From contig NC_068993.1 of the NCBI RefSeq assembly GCF_001194135.2, forward strand, positions 17,469,794-17,533,793: a stretch of DNA of 64,000 bases, given 5' to 3'. A model generated the notes under the pieces. The model saw only the letters and a program-made list of their open reading frames with translations, searched no databases and was not told where the DNA came from. This stretch comes from Octopus bimaculoides (Eukaryota). Both the position numbers and the translations under genes were made by a program. How positions within the stretch are numbered: position 1 is the stretch's first letter; the number at the start of each line of letters is the position of its first letter. This document shows positions 51,500-63,748 of the stretch, in pieces.

Positions 51500-52590
51500 C
51501 TATAGGAAACAGGCTGGATTATGATAATCTACATGAAACTCTAAACATAGCAGTAACAGACACACATCTATCTCAGTACACTATTTCTACTATATATTTA
51601 TATAGTAGAAAAGAATACTAAACCTACATAATCTGCCTCTACTGAAAATCAATTAAATATTTTCAAACCTAAATTACACAAAAGACCACACTGGCCATAT
51701 TGAAAATCTACATTAAATTCGTATGACACCCCAAATAAAAACATAACGATGGCCAACAATCTATCTTAATTGAGAAAACATGAAATCATTTGGTACAGCC
51801 CTCCCTTTTCCCTTCAAATAAAATCGTTACCGAAACTTCTCTTTAAAATTTTAAAAACAAACTTTCCAAATCACCATAAATACTGTTTTATATTCAATAA
51901 ATCTTCTGTGAATTTTTTTTACTCTACAACTCCTAATTTAGGATCAATAATATCCTCTATTAATAATTAAAAAATTAGTGCACTGACAGGTAAATCTAAT
52001 GAGTCAGATAAATACAAGAATCTTGGTCAATTTCCTAACTATAAAACACACACAACTCTTAGCTCCAATAAGATTGCCCAGTCTGAAATTGATACAATTT
52101 AAATAGCACTATTGGCCAACAAACTAATACCTTGGCTCCAAATTTATCTAAATTAAAAATGAAACAGCAAAAAAGAACAAAAAGATGCAATTGTCATGTA
52201 AAAGATTCCTGTCCTCTTGTGGGATATTGTGCATGATATAACGTTATTTATAAATGCCAGGTATCCACACAAAATGTACAACCTAAAATATACATCAATA
52301 GTACCACCGATTTTAAGTGTACATATCAAACTCATATCAACTCTTTTAATAATCCTAAATTTAAAATGGCTACCATGCTTGCTACCTATATCCACAAGCT
52401 CAAATCAGAAAACAGACTAAAATGGTCCATTGAATCCCAAGCCCTCTCATATAATACTAACTTAGGTAAGTGTAAATTATGTATAAAGGAAGCACTCATC
52501 ATTCTTCAAATGCACAATTTATCACTATTTAACAAATTGTCAGACGTGGTTTTCTCATGCAAACATAAAATTTACACAACATTTTTATAC
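51500..52590 (+). mobile_element. Penelope-like element, Naiad-type C-terminal region with GIY-YIG endonuclease (dead)
   Basis: RKHEIIWYSPPFS...KYCFIFNKSSVNFFYSTTPNLGSIISSINN, then RCNCHVKDSCPLVGYCA*YNVIYKCQV...KIYINSTTDFK...H..SF...TMLATYIHKLK...W.I...CKLCIKE...LFNKLSDVVFSCKH. This is the WFNPP / CxC..CPL.G.C / CxLC / CxH pattern of Naiad elements. Confidence 0.8.
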
Positions 52591-53031
52591 TATAGTGACT
52601 TTTTCTGTGAAAAATATGTCTGGGCTTGGGGAAATATTACCTTGCTTGGAAACAGATGAGGGTTGGCAACAGGAATGGCACCCCACTGTAATAAATCTAT
52701 CTCAACAAATTCTGTTTGACCTAGGCAAGCATTGAAAGTGGGTGTTACATTAAAATGAAGGTGATTATATGTATTTATGTATGTGTGTGTCAAAGACATT
52801 CCAGCTTGGTAAAAATCCCTGCCATTAATTTGGTCTGGATGGGTAATATCAAATAATTCAATCACAACATATATTTAAATTAAACATGAAAAAAATTGAA
52901 ATATTATCATCACTTACATGGAAAAATTGATATATTATCTTTCAGTATTTTATAAGATAAAATCTTAAATTATTAATTGACACATTATTAATTATCTTAT
53001 AATAGCAATGCCTGGAAAAATCATGGATTAC

Positions 53032-53626
53032 ATGGAAAAATGCGAGCATGAAAAATAATATTCTTAAGATTATAAACCTGGAAAAGTACAGGACAAGTAA
53101 TTACACCTGTAAAAGTATANNNNNNNNNNNNNNNNNNNNNNNNNNNNNNNNNNNNNNNNNNNNNNNNNNNNNNNNNNNNNNNNNNNNNNNNNNNNNNNNN
53201 NNNNNNNNNNNNNNNNNNNNNNNNNNNNNNNNNNNNNNNNNNNNNNNNNNNNNNNNNNNNNNNNNNNNNNNAATAAAAATTTGAATATTAAAAATGATTT
53301 TATTATAGTTTACAAATAACACTATACTTATTTAAGTGGAATTTGGCTAATTTACTACCTTAAATACTGAAAAAAGTGACTAATTAGACAAACTTACAAA
53401 TTAACTGAAGTTTTCTACAATAAATTTAGAAGACGAGAACTGTAAAGGGATAAATTAGAAGAACTGGCATTCTTTGCTGCAATATTTTAAGTAAAAAGTT
53501 TCTTATTCTTTAATTTTACTAGAAGTAATAGTTTGTCCTATACTTTTACAGGTGTAACAACTTGTCCTGTACTTTGCCAGGTTTATAATCTTAAGAATAT
53601 TACTTTTCATGCTTGCATTTTTCCAT
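53032..53626. mobile_element. Non-autonomous DNA transposon with >=88-bp TIRs (spans a gap)
   Basis: 53032-53119 vs 53539-53626, 83/88 complementary. Confidence 0.7.
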
Positions 53627-53861
53627 CTAGTAGAATATATTGGTCATATCATTATCCTCCATCATCATTTTAACATCAACTTCACCATGCTTACATGGGT
53701 CAGATCAAGTTTATTGAAGCAGATTTTCTATGGCCAGATGCTCTTACTACTGCCAACCTTTACCCATTTCCTAGCAAGGTAATATTTCTCCATGCACTGA
53801 CATATTTTTCGGAACTGAATTACACTGTGTGTATAACAAGGAGATACAAATATATACACAT

Positions 53862-53898
<37 letters not shown>

Positions 53899-55264
53899 CA
53901 CACACACACACTCACACAATTTAAAGATATCGGAAGTAGCGCAGCATGGTTCAAGGTAGTGTACAGTTATTGTATATGTTTATAAATTATCAATTACAAG
54001 TAGCAGGTGTACGTTTGACATAAGAATAATAGAAATACAAAAGATATGTGTTGTATTAAAGGTTGTGTGTTTATGTTGGTAAAAATTATGTTTAAAATAC
54101 CAAAGATAATATTGATTATTAATAACAGCTGATAGATAATACAAGAAGATTCATGATCCCTAAAAAGTCTGAAATTTGAGACATGACTTAATTAAAAAGA
54201 CAACATACATTGTTGTTCCAAAACAAAACAAAGTGGCATTATACCATTAATAATTCATCTATTTTGGTATAAAATCAACACAGAATTTTTGTATTGTTTT
54301 ACAATATATAATTACAGTTACACAAATATACAAATTATGAAAAAGAAATGTAAGGTTATTGAGAGTAAATCTTAAACGTATACAATAAGTATGGTAAGAA
54401 ATCTTCACCATCATCATCATTGTTTTAACACTTATCTTTCCATACTTGCATGAATCAGATGGGATTCTTTAAGGCAAATTTTCTACAGCTGGATACCTTA
54501 GCAAGGCATTATCTTACCTATGGATAGACATTTTTTTCACCAAAGATTGGACACAAGGGACATTACTTCTATGATGGTGATACTCGTTAATATCTTCTGT
54601 ATAATATCAAGACAAGACACTAACACTCACACACATGCATACACATATACACATACACACACATATATAAATACATGATAAGCCTCTTTCAGCTTCCACC
54701 AGCCAACTCTATTAACAGGGCTTTGGTTGGTCTATGACTATAATAGAAGACACTTGCCTAAGATGCCATGCTGTAGGACAAACAGAAACAATGTAGTTGG
54801 AAAGAGATGCTCTTAATCGTGCACTTTTACATGACCATGCTTAACATAAATCTAGTGCAAAGGTTCTCAACGGGGGCTGTTTGGAGCTCAAGGGGAGCGT
54901 TTTGGAGCAAAGGGGCACAGGGTGGGGGTTAAGAGACTGGGGAGCACTAGGGGCGCTGGAAGACTCTTGTCTACGGTAAGTTAAATGAATATGTGTACCC
55001 GTAAAGTAGTTCTCAAGTAGAATTGGCTTGATACAGTGCAACAAGGCTGAGTTTTTGAATTACAGGTATAAATCAATTGACAGGCTTCTATACAGTTTCC
55101 ATCTGTCCACTTTGTCCAAATTCCCTAAAAGAGCTTGTGTCAACCTAAGACTAAAGTGAAGAGTCCTAAGTTGCCCATTTAGTGGGATGGAACCCAAGAC
55201 CATATGCTTGCAACTGTACAATAATATTTAACACATTCATGTGCACTTGAATGTGGGAAGACCT

Positions 55265-55716
55265 TGGAAGAAATATCATTCTTTATTCAACCTTTAGGTT
55301 AAATACCTAATTCCTCACATCAAACTTTAAGGAAAATTTAAGAACGGATAACGCAGTCTCTAAACCAGAAACATAACAATATTTATTTATGTAGTTATTC
55401 AAACAGCATGGATATTCGTCAGTTCTTGTCGGTATATTCATACAGCATGGTCATTTGGCTGTTGGTCGTTCCATCACTTGTCCGCTGTTCCCGTCACGAG
55501 TTAGTTGGGTCTCGAAGAGAGCGATACAAAACACGTCCTTCACTCACGAAGTTGTCGATGCAAGAGAAAGATAAAACGTGGGAAAATGTTGAGAGAGTCG
55601 AACTACGCATGTGCATGGGACTCTTCCTGTGTTCCTTCTGGAACTAGTCCCTGCGCATGCGTGGATGAAAACGCAGTAATGGCGACTGTATTTTGGCGCC
55701 AAATGACGTCACTACA
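55265..55716 (-). mobile_element. Solo LTR, 452 bp, probably Ty3/gypsy
   Basis: TG...CA termini, ACCT 4-bp TSD (55261-64 and 55717-20), minus-strand AATAAA near the 3' end (55282-87), CpG-rich compared with the flanks. Confidence 0.75.
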
Positions 55717-56626
55717 ACCTTTTCTGTGGAGGTAGTCTCAGGAGAAATATCTTATCTTAGACAACATTTGTGAAAATACATTAGGCTCTGAATGACATCA
55801 TCAGATTATGGGATGCATGCATTTCAGTGTCATCAGACATGAATACTGAATTTGTCATACATAACCATATCAGAGCAATAGTTCTGCTTTACAAGAATAG
55901 CAAATAGTGAATTGGCATGTATAAAGCTTGGTCAAGCTAGAATTAAATAAAGAATAAAAAGGAATAAATCTACTTAAAGGACTGGAGTAACTTGAATGAT
56001 TTTTTAAAATTTTATTTCTCTAAAGATGATCTTAGCTTAGAAACCTCATTGTGATCTGAAAGTGTTAAACAGTTTGTAAAATTACAAGACCTTACCAAAA
56101 ATAGTGAAATAAACTAAATTAGTATCTTACAATAAGTTTTTTAAAATGTATTATAAAAAATGAATGGCATTCAATTGTAATCTGAAATATAATAAAAAAT
56201 TTTGTATAATTATAAGAAGTTATTAAATTGATAAAGTAAACTAAATTAGTATTTTACAAATACTCCAAATCATTTTTATAATAAAAACTAAAAGAGGAAA
56301 GCTCAATTTAGTAACATAATAATGATGGTGATGATGATGATGGTGATGATGGCGATGATGATGGTGATGATGATGATGATGATGATGATAAAATACTATA
56401 TAAATATGTATGCTAAATAGATTGTGCAGAAATAGCAGAGATGAAAATCAAAGCTAATAATATTTTCTGAAAAGTACTAAAATCATCAATATGTATTGGA
56501 GAGAATATCTTAAGCATTTAGTGTAAAGTTTGAAGGAAAAGTACATAGCGATTAAGTTATCCATTGCAGATTCTAAAACTTTAATGTTTTCAGATCAAAT
56601 TGGATGTTGGTAAACTGTTTGTTTAA

Positions 56627-57175
56627 CTCTTTAACATTCAGAATACTGTCAAATGTAATGCTTATTTATTTACATTGTTTTGCATTATCTGATAGCTTCA
56701 TGGAGGCGCAATGGCCCAGTGGTTAGGGCAGTGAACTTGCGGTCGGAGGATCGCAGTTTCGATTTCCAGACCAGGCATTGTGTATATTTATTGAGCGAAA
56801 ACACCTAAAGCTCTACGAGGCTCCAGCAAGGGGATGGTGGCGACCCCTGTTGTACTATTTCGCCCCAACTTTCTCTCACTCTTTCTTCCTGTTTCTTGAG
56901 TAACGCTGCAATGGACTGGCATCCTGTTCAGCTGGGGGAAACACATACGCCATAGAAACAGGGAAACCGGGCCCATGAGCCTGGCTAGGCTTGAAAAGAG
57001 CGCATAAAAAAAAATATCTGATAGCTTCATGATTTTGATGATCTGATTGTTTATGTTTAGAATGAATGACATTGTAGGGTAGGTATGAGAGGCTGGATCT
57101 GGTCAGTTTCAATATAAAAGGTATAAAACAAGTAGAATATTTGGGCCAGATGTGGATGGTTCAAATGTTAGAGAG
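56627..57175 (+). mobile_element. piggyBac-like MITE hosting a SINE
   Basis: TTAA at 56623-26 and 57176-79; 12-bp TIRs match 11/12. Confidence 0.65.
56703..57014 (+). mobile_element. Young tRNA-derived SINE (head D) with a V-domain-like core, poly(A) tail and 17-bp TSD
   Basis: TSD tatctgatagcttcatg at 56686-56702 and 57015-57031; tRNA-like head; ctgcaatggactggcatcctgttcag resembles the V-SINE central domain. Confidence 0.85.
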
Positions 57176-58854
57176 TTAAGTAACTTGTAAAAAATGAAAC
57201 CAAAAATTATTGAATTCATACAAGTTATTTTTGGATGAAATATTTGACTAAAATGAAAATAATATCTGATGGAAATTGTGCACAGAATTTTGTTGGGGTG
57301 AATTTTTCTATGGCCAGATGCTCTTCTTGTCACCAAATACTCACCTGTTTCCAAGTAAAGTAATATTTCCTCACAACCAGACATGTTTACACTGAAGATT
57401 GCGAATGGACAATGCTTACATGATTGTGACACCTGTTTACAATTAAATCAAGACAAGGAAATAGTAATGTGCACATACAGCAATATACACACACACACAC
57501 ATACACACACACACACGCACACGTGCACACACACACACACGTGCATACACACACACACACGCAAATATTTACGCATTTATATTTTTGATAGGCTTTTTTT
57601 CAGTTTCTGTGTACCAGCAGAATGGACTTTGATAAGCCCACTCTGTTTCACATATTGGAACCTGTTTTCTGATGTGATGAAACCTTCCTACCAGTTATGG
57701 AAACCTTTGAAAGAGGTTTATGGATGTTGCTGCTGCTCCATGTTTGACTATGCTATTATGAAGAAAGAATTAACATTGAAATTATTTTGGAAATTGTATA
57801 TTTTTATTGTATCTTGGGAAGGTCATTATTCCAATAATAAATACATGCACTAGTTTCTGTAATTTTTGTGAGGTCACAGCAGAAAACACTTGTCCAGAGT
57901 GCATCACTGAGATCGAACTTGAAACCATGTGGTTGTGAAGCAAACTTCTGAACCACAGAGCCATGCCTCTGCTTATATCCTTAAAAATGTATCATCTTAA
58001 AGACGAAGCACTTGTAATACACACTAGGTCTTACAAAAATATTGTATTTGATGGCATAAGCACTTGCATATTAAACACTCCCTAATTTCAGAAGCACATT
58101 TGAAGGGAAAATGTTTTCAGTGCCATGAAGCTTATAGGAGGCCCAACTTTGCATACAAGACCTAGGGTGATTCTTTTGAGAGATTTATTTTGGATGGAAA
58201 AAAGTGCGTCTTATACAACATCAAATATAGTAAATATATACAAATGTGGCACAGCATTCGCTGTAATACTTTGTTTCAGACAGGATGGTCACGACTAGGA
58301 CACCTTTTTTGATCATGAGTCTATTTGATTAGAGTTGACTTAGGACAAAACAACAACAACAAGAACAATTTCTAGGATTGGAGGTATTCCTTTAATTACT
58401 AATATATATGTAATATTTTAATCGATATTGTCTTCTTCAAATCTCAGTTCTAAATAACCTACCTTACTAAAATTTATACCTCGTTAATATAATATTAAAT
58501 ATTGTAAAAACTAATGTAAGAAATAATGATTTTTTTATTTTTATGTGAGAAATCAATATTATAATATTAAATGAGGCAAACATAAAAAAAATTAGACATA
58601 AAAAAAAAAATTGTTTCTAGCACTCTAGATATTAATAATCTATATCAATCATTCTTTAATAAATTTCTTTTTTTCCTCATGGGAAAATTGTTCCTCATAC
58701 ATATATTAACTACCTGTACATTAAATCAAAATTTTATAAAACTATATATATATATATATATACATATATATGTGTGTGTGTGTGTATGTATGTATGCTAT
58801 AAAACAAGCATACATTTTATTTATATAAATTTTATAAAACAAACATGTGCAACC

Positions 58855-59260
58855 AGGCGCAGGCATGGCTATGTGGTTAAGAAGGCTATTTTGCAACTAT
58901 CTGGCTTTGGGTTCAGTGCCATAGAGTGGCACCTTGGGCTAGTGACTTCTGCTATAATCCCTGGCCAACTAATGCCTTGTGAATGAAAATGATAGATGAA
59001 AACTTTCTGGGAACTGGTCATATATATGTGTGTGTGTGTGTGTGTGTATGCATTACATGTATGTGTACGTGTTTTTGTGTTTGTGTCTGTCCTCCACCAC
59101 TGCTTGACAATTGGTGTTGGTTTGTTTATGTCCCCATGAGTTATCATTTTGGCAAAAGAGTGCCAAACTTAAAAATAAGCACTGGATTTGATTTGTACAG
59201 CTAAAACTTTTCAAGGTGGTACTCCAGTATGGTTGTAGTCAATTGACTGAAACTAATTAA
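58855..59260 (+). mobile_element. Older SINE family A copy
   Basis: ggcgcaggcatggctatgtggttaag head through the gactgaaac tail; diverged. Confidence 0.7.
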
Positions 59261-60119
59261 AGAAGATACATGTGTGTATGTTTTGCCTGCATGTGCACAT
59301 ATGTAAGTGTGTGTGTACACACTTGTGCTTACTAAGTGAGGCTGAATCTTTAAGAAGTTCATTCTGCAATCAAGAAGTCATTAGTTCAATCTCACTGCTG
59401 TTTGGTCGAAGCTGATTCTTATGGATGGTTCTTGTTTCACCCCAGATCTTTGAGCAGAAGCATTCCAGCTTTGACTATTCTGTTTTTTTTTGTTTTGTTT
59501 TTTGTTTTAAATATCTATGACTACTTTGTCCAGTGTATCCTTCCTTGTTTTTATTATCACAGCTGTTGGTAGTGATGGAGGAGCAGTCTGCCTCAGGCAG
59601 CACTTTTGGGTCTGTTGTATACAGCCTATGTAGACTAATTTTTTTTGTCCACTTTTCTATGCTTGCATGGGTTGGATAGAATCTTTTGAGGCAGATTTTC
59701 TAAGCCAGATACCCTTCCAGTTGCCAACCTTCACCTACTTTGAGATAAGGTCATATTTTCACTTGGTCAGACATGTTTTTCACAGAAGACTAGAGACAAA
59801 CAACATTGCTTGTATGATAGTGATGCTTATTTACAACCATTACATTATGTCAAGATAAAAATACACACCAAAACACATGCACACACAGGCATATATATAC
59901 ATAAAATTTTTAATTATATTAAAGGGTACACACAGCACCAGCTTGCTATAATGTGGAAGTAAAAACTCCCAACTTAACCACCAACTTCACTGAGAATATG
60001 TAATGGACCAACAAAAATTGGGCAGATGAGTGTAATTTAATGTATTATCTCAGCTAAAAAGCTGTAGAATAAGGTAACAGATATACCTGGATCATGATTT
60101 TGAATTCTGGCTAACGCCT

Positions 60120-60693
60120 CAATTCTCCTCGAATGGTGGTTTTTATGTACTACTGGCATGGGACCACTGGCACGAGGGCAGTACTGGCATCAACCACGCT
60201 CGAATGTTGCTTTTTACATGTCACTGGCACGGATGCCGATCAGGTGGTACTGTCATCAGCCATGATACGGCTTCACCTGCCTCAACAGGTCTTCGCAAAT
60301 GCAGTTTAATGCCCAATAATCGAAGAGTATTCTTAAATGGGCCAGTTATGCTGCACTGGCATAGGCCACAGTTATAGTTTCCCTTGGCTTGCCGGGTCTT
60401 CTCAAACACAGCATATCTCCAAAAGTCTCAGTCACTTGTCATTATCTCAGTGAGGCTCAATGTTTGAAGGTCGTGCTTCATCACCTCATCCCATGTCTTC
60501 CTGGGTCTACTTCTTCCACAGGTTCCCTCCACTGTTAGGGTGTGACACTTTTTCACACAGCTGTCCTCATCCATACACAACCCATGACCATACCAGCACA
60601 GTCATCTCTCTTGCACACCACATCTGATGCTTCTTATGTCCAACTTTTCTCTCAGGGCATTTTCACTGTTGTGTATACACACTGACATTACAC
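60120..60693 (-). mobile_element. RTE-clade LINE 3' fragment
   Basis: Minus strand, frameshifted: LREKLDIRSIRCGVQER.L.WYGH..MDEDSCVKKCHTLTVEGTCGRSRPRKTWDEV.KHDL, followed by 3' UTR. Confidence 0.8.
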
Positions 60694-62285
60694 ATCCTAT
60701 ATATATTTATTTATTTATTTATGGGTTTCAGCCAAGTGACTGCGGTCATGCTGGTATATATATTTATATATATATATATATATATATATCATAAATATAC
60801 AGGGATTAGCAATTGAGTTGCTTCTCCAACATACTGAAAATTTAGAAATAGCAGTCAAAGAACTACTGATTCTAAACTACAAATTTTTCTCTAAAGCGGA
60901 TGGCGATATTTATGGCACACATAGAACAAAAAACCGGAGGGAAAAGCGTAAACAAANNNNNNNNNNNNNNNNNNNNNNNNNNNNNNNNNNNNNNNNNNNN
61001 NNNNNNNNNNNNNNNNNNNNNNNNNNNNNNNNNNNNNNNNNNNNNNNNNNNNNNNNNNNNNNNNNNNNNNNNNNNNNNNNNNNNNNNNNNNNNNNNNNNN
61101 NNNNNNNNNNNNNNNNNNNNNNNNNNNNNNNNNNNNNNNNNNNNNNNNNNNNNNNNNNNNNNNNNNNNNNNNNNNNNNNNNNNNNNNNNNNNNNNNNNNN
61201 NNNNNNNNNNNNNNNNNNNNNNNNNNNNNNNNNNNNNNNNNNNNNNNNNNNNNNNNNNNNNNNNNNNNNNNNNNNNNNNNNNNNNNNNNNNNNNNNNNNN
61301 NNNNNNNNNNNNNNNNNNNNNNNNNNNNNNNNNNNNNNNNNNNNNNNNNNNNNNNNNNNNNNNNNNNNNNNNNNNNNNNNNNNNNNNNNNNNNNNNNNNN
61401 NNNNNNNNNNNNNNNNNNNNNNNNNNNNNNNNNNNNNNNNNNNNNNNNNNNNNNNNNNNNNNNNNNNNNNNNNNNNNNNNNNNNNNNNNNNNNNNNNNNN
61501 NNNNNNNNNNNNNNNNNNNNNNNNNNNNNNNNNNNNNNNNNNNNNNNNNNNNNNNNNNNNNNNNNNNNNNNNNNNNNNNNNNNNNNNNNNNNNNNNNNNN
61601 NNNNNNNNNNNNNNNNNNNNNNNNNNNNNNNNNNNNNNNNNNNNNNNNNNNNNNNNNNNNNNNNNNNNNNNNNNNNNNNNNNNNNNNNNNNNNNNNNNNN
61701 NNNNNNNNNNNNNNNNNNNNNNNNNNNNNNNNNNNNNTATATATATGTATGTATATATATGTGTAAATAAATAGACATAATATAATGTCTAAAAGTTGAT
61801 GAATACCACCTCTTGATCCCCTCCATTTTCTTATTGTCGTATATGTATATATATATATATATATAGTCACTATATTTGTCTACGTGGTGTATAATGTTTA
61901 TACATTACACACCACATACACAAATATATATGAAATGAAGTTAAGCCATGAGTTTAACCTATAAATATGTTAATATTAACAATGTTTTCCTCAAATTGAT
62001 GTTAAAAGAAAGAAAAACAAAACAAGATGAGGAAAAAGATCACATGATTTTTTTAGCATATGTATTTATACATAAATATCACATGATTTATCCATTCACA
62101 CACACACACATACACACACGTACACATGTGTGTGTGTGTATGTGTGTGAGTTTGTGTGTCTGTTTATAAAAATCAACCTTGTATAACAGTTAAAATATTG
62201 TAAATGAGAGAAAATAACTGAGTGGATAATATATTGAATTACTGGCTTAGAAGTTCAAATATGTTGTGGATAATGTTTTATAAGG

Positions 62286-62640
62286 CAGAATGTGGTGGTA
62301 CAATGGCCCAGTGGTTAGGGCAGAGGACTCACAGTCATAGGATCGCGGTTTTGATTTCCACCTAAAACTCCATGAGGCTCCGACAGAGGAGGGTGGTGGC
62401 GAACCCTGCTGTACTGTTTCACCACAACTTTCTCTCACTCTTTCTTTCTTTTTCTGTTGTGCCTGTAATTCAAAGGGCCAGCCTTGTCACACTCTGTGTC
62501 ATGCTGAATCTCCCTGAGAACTACATTAAAGGTACACATGTCTGTGGAGTACTCAGCCACTTGCATGTTAATTTCATGAGCAGGCTGTTCCATTGATTGG
62601 ATCAACTGGAACCCTCATCATCATAACCAACGGAGTGCCA
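62286..62640 (+). mobile_element. Mosaic SINE (head D + tail 2)
   Basis: The 5' part matches 56703-56890; the 3' part matches the tail of the 32013-32335 copy. Confidence 0.7.
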
Positions 62641-62986
62641 CCCCTTATAAGGTACTCTTTTACTTGTTTCAGTCATTTGATTGCAGCCATGCTGGAGCAC
62701 CGCCTTTTCGTCAAGCACATCGACCCCAGGACTTATGATGATGATGAAGATAGTGNNNNNNNNNNNNNNNNNNNNNNNNNNNNNNNNNNNNNNNNNNNNN
62801 NNNNNNNNNNNNNNNNNNNNNNNNNNNNNNNNNNNNNNNNNNNNNNNNNNNNNNNNNNNNNNNNNNNNNNNNNNNNNNNNNNNNNNNNNNNNNNNNNNNN
62901 NNNNNNNNNNNNNNNNNNNNNNNNNNNNNNNNNNNNNNNNNNNNNNNNNNNNNNNNNNNNNNNNNNNNNNNNNNNNNNNNNNNNNN

Positions 62987-63100
62987 GGTGGTGGTGGTGG
63001 TGGTGGTGGTGGTATTGATGGTGGTGGTGGTGGTGGCATCGATGGTGGTGGGGGTGATGATAATGGTTATGGTGGAGGTGATGGTGTTTGTGGTGGTAGT
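62987..63100. repeat. (GGT)n microsatellite, representative of many simple repeats ((TA)n, (CA)n, (GAT)n, (ACC)n, (TATG)n)
   Basis: Direct inspection; others at e.g. 9797-9850, 11250-11330, 21960-22012, 39260-39390, 46385-46450 and 56320-56390. Confidence 0.95.
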
Positions 63101-63657
63101 GTTGATAATGCAATGGTAAAATCTATACCAGAGGACACTTACACAATCCCACATAGTGGGAATCATGGTGGTTGTGAAACAAAATTCTTACCCATGCAGC
63201 CATGTCTGCACACACATATGTTTGTGTGTATATATATAATCAGTCTTATGTATTTGTGTGTGTGTGTGTGTGCATATGTGATCAATCATGTGTATGTGTG
63301 CAGATATAGATTGTAGGTGTGTATATTTGTGTATGACTAGACATGTATGTGTTTAGATGACTAGCCATGTGTGTCTGCTTTCAGGAACAGAGAAAATGGG
63401 CACAGCTTTTGTTTAGCATGAAGCTCACTTTGAAACCATGTGGTTTTAGGTTTAGTCCCACTACACTGGGCTAGCATCTTCTACTATAGCCCTGGGCTCA
63501 CCAATGTTTATGCATAGATGTGTGTGTGTGTCTTTGAGTTTGTCCCTCTCTCCTCTTCCCACTTGACAACCAGTGTTGGTTTGTTTACATCTAAGCACCT
63601 TAGCAGTTGGCTAAAAATAGTTACCAAATTTTTCTTCAATCAAACTTTATTATCTTA

Positions 63658-63748
63658 CTAGCAGAAATACCCGGCGTTGCCCGGGTTAAAGAGAATAATG
63701 AAATCTAAAAACGCCGTCTAGACTACGCATCATCTTTATATATAGAGA
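63658..63748 (-). mobile_element. 91-bp non-autonomous Helitron
   Basis: Minus strand A|TC...CTAG|T insertion with a GC-rich hairpin CCCGG-GCAACG-CCGGG ending 8 nt upstream of the terminal CTAG. Confidence 0.7.

Noticed and set aside
52234-52236. In-frame TGA in the Naiad-like frame as selenocysteine (some Naiads are reported to encode Sec)
   Set aside because: The TGA is two codons after the conserved Cys rather than replacing it, all expected Cys are present, catalytic residues are mutated, and no SECIS was recognised; ordinary decay is more likely.
55265-55716. Host-gene CpG-island promoter
   Set aside because: TG..CA ends, a 4-bp TSD and a terminal AATAAA indicate a solo LTR; no adjacent first exon was found.
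8269-63316. Long ORFs in the track (e.g. 8300-9376, 21939-22625, 28838-29647, 32750-33559, 60818-61870)
   Set aside because: They are open only because they run through N gaps; flanks are microsatellite translations ([12 protein letters not shown]).
62602-63316. Poly-Gly/Pro/His/Thr ORFs
   Set aside because: (GGT)n repeat beside a gap, open in several frames on both strands.
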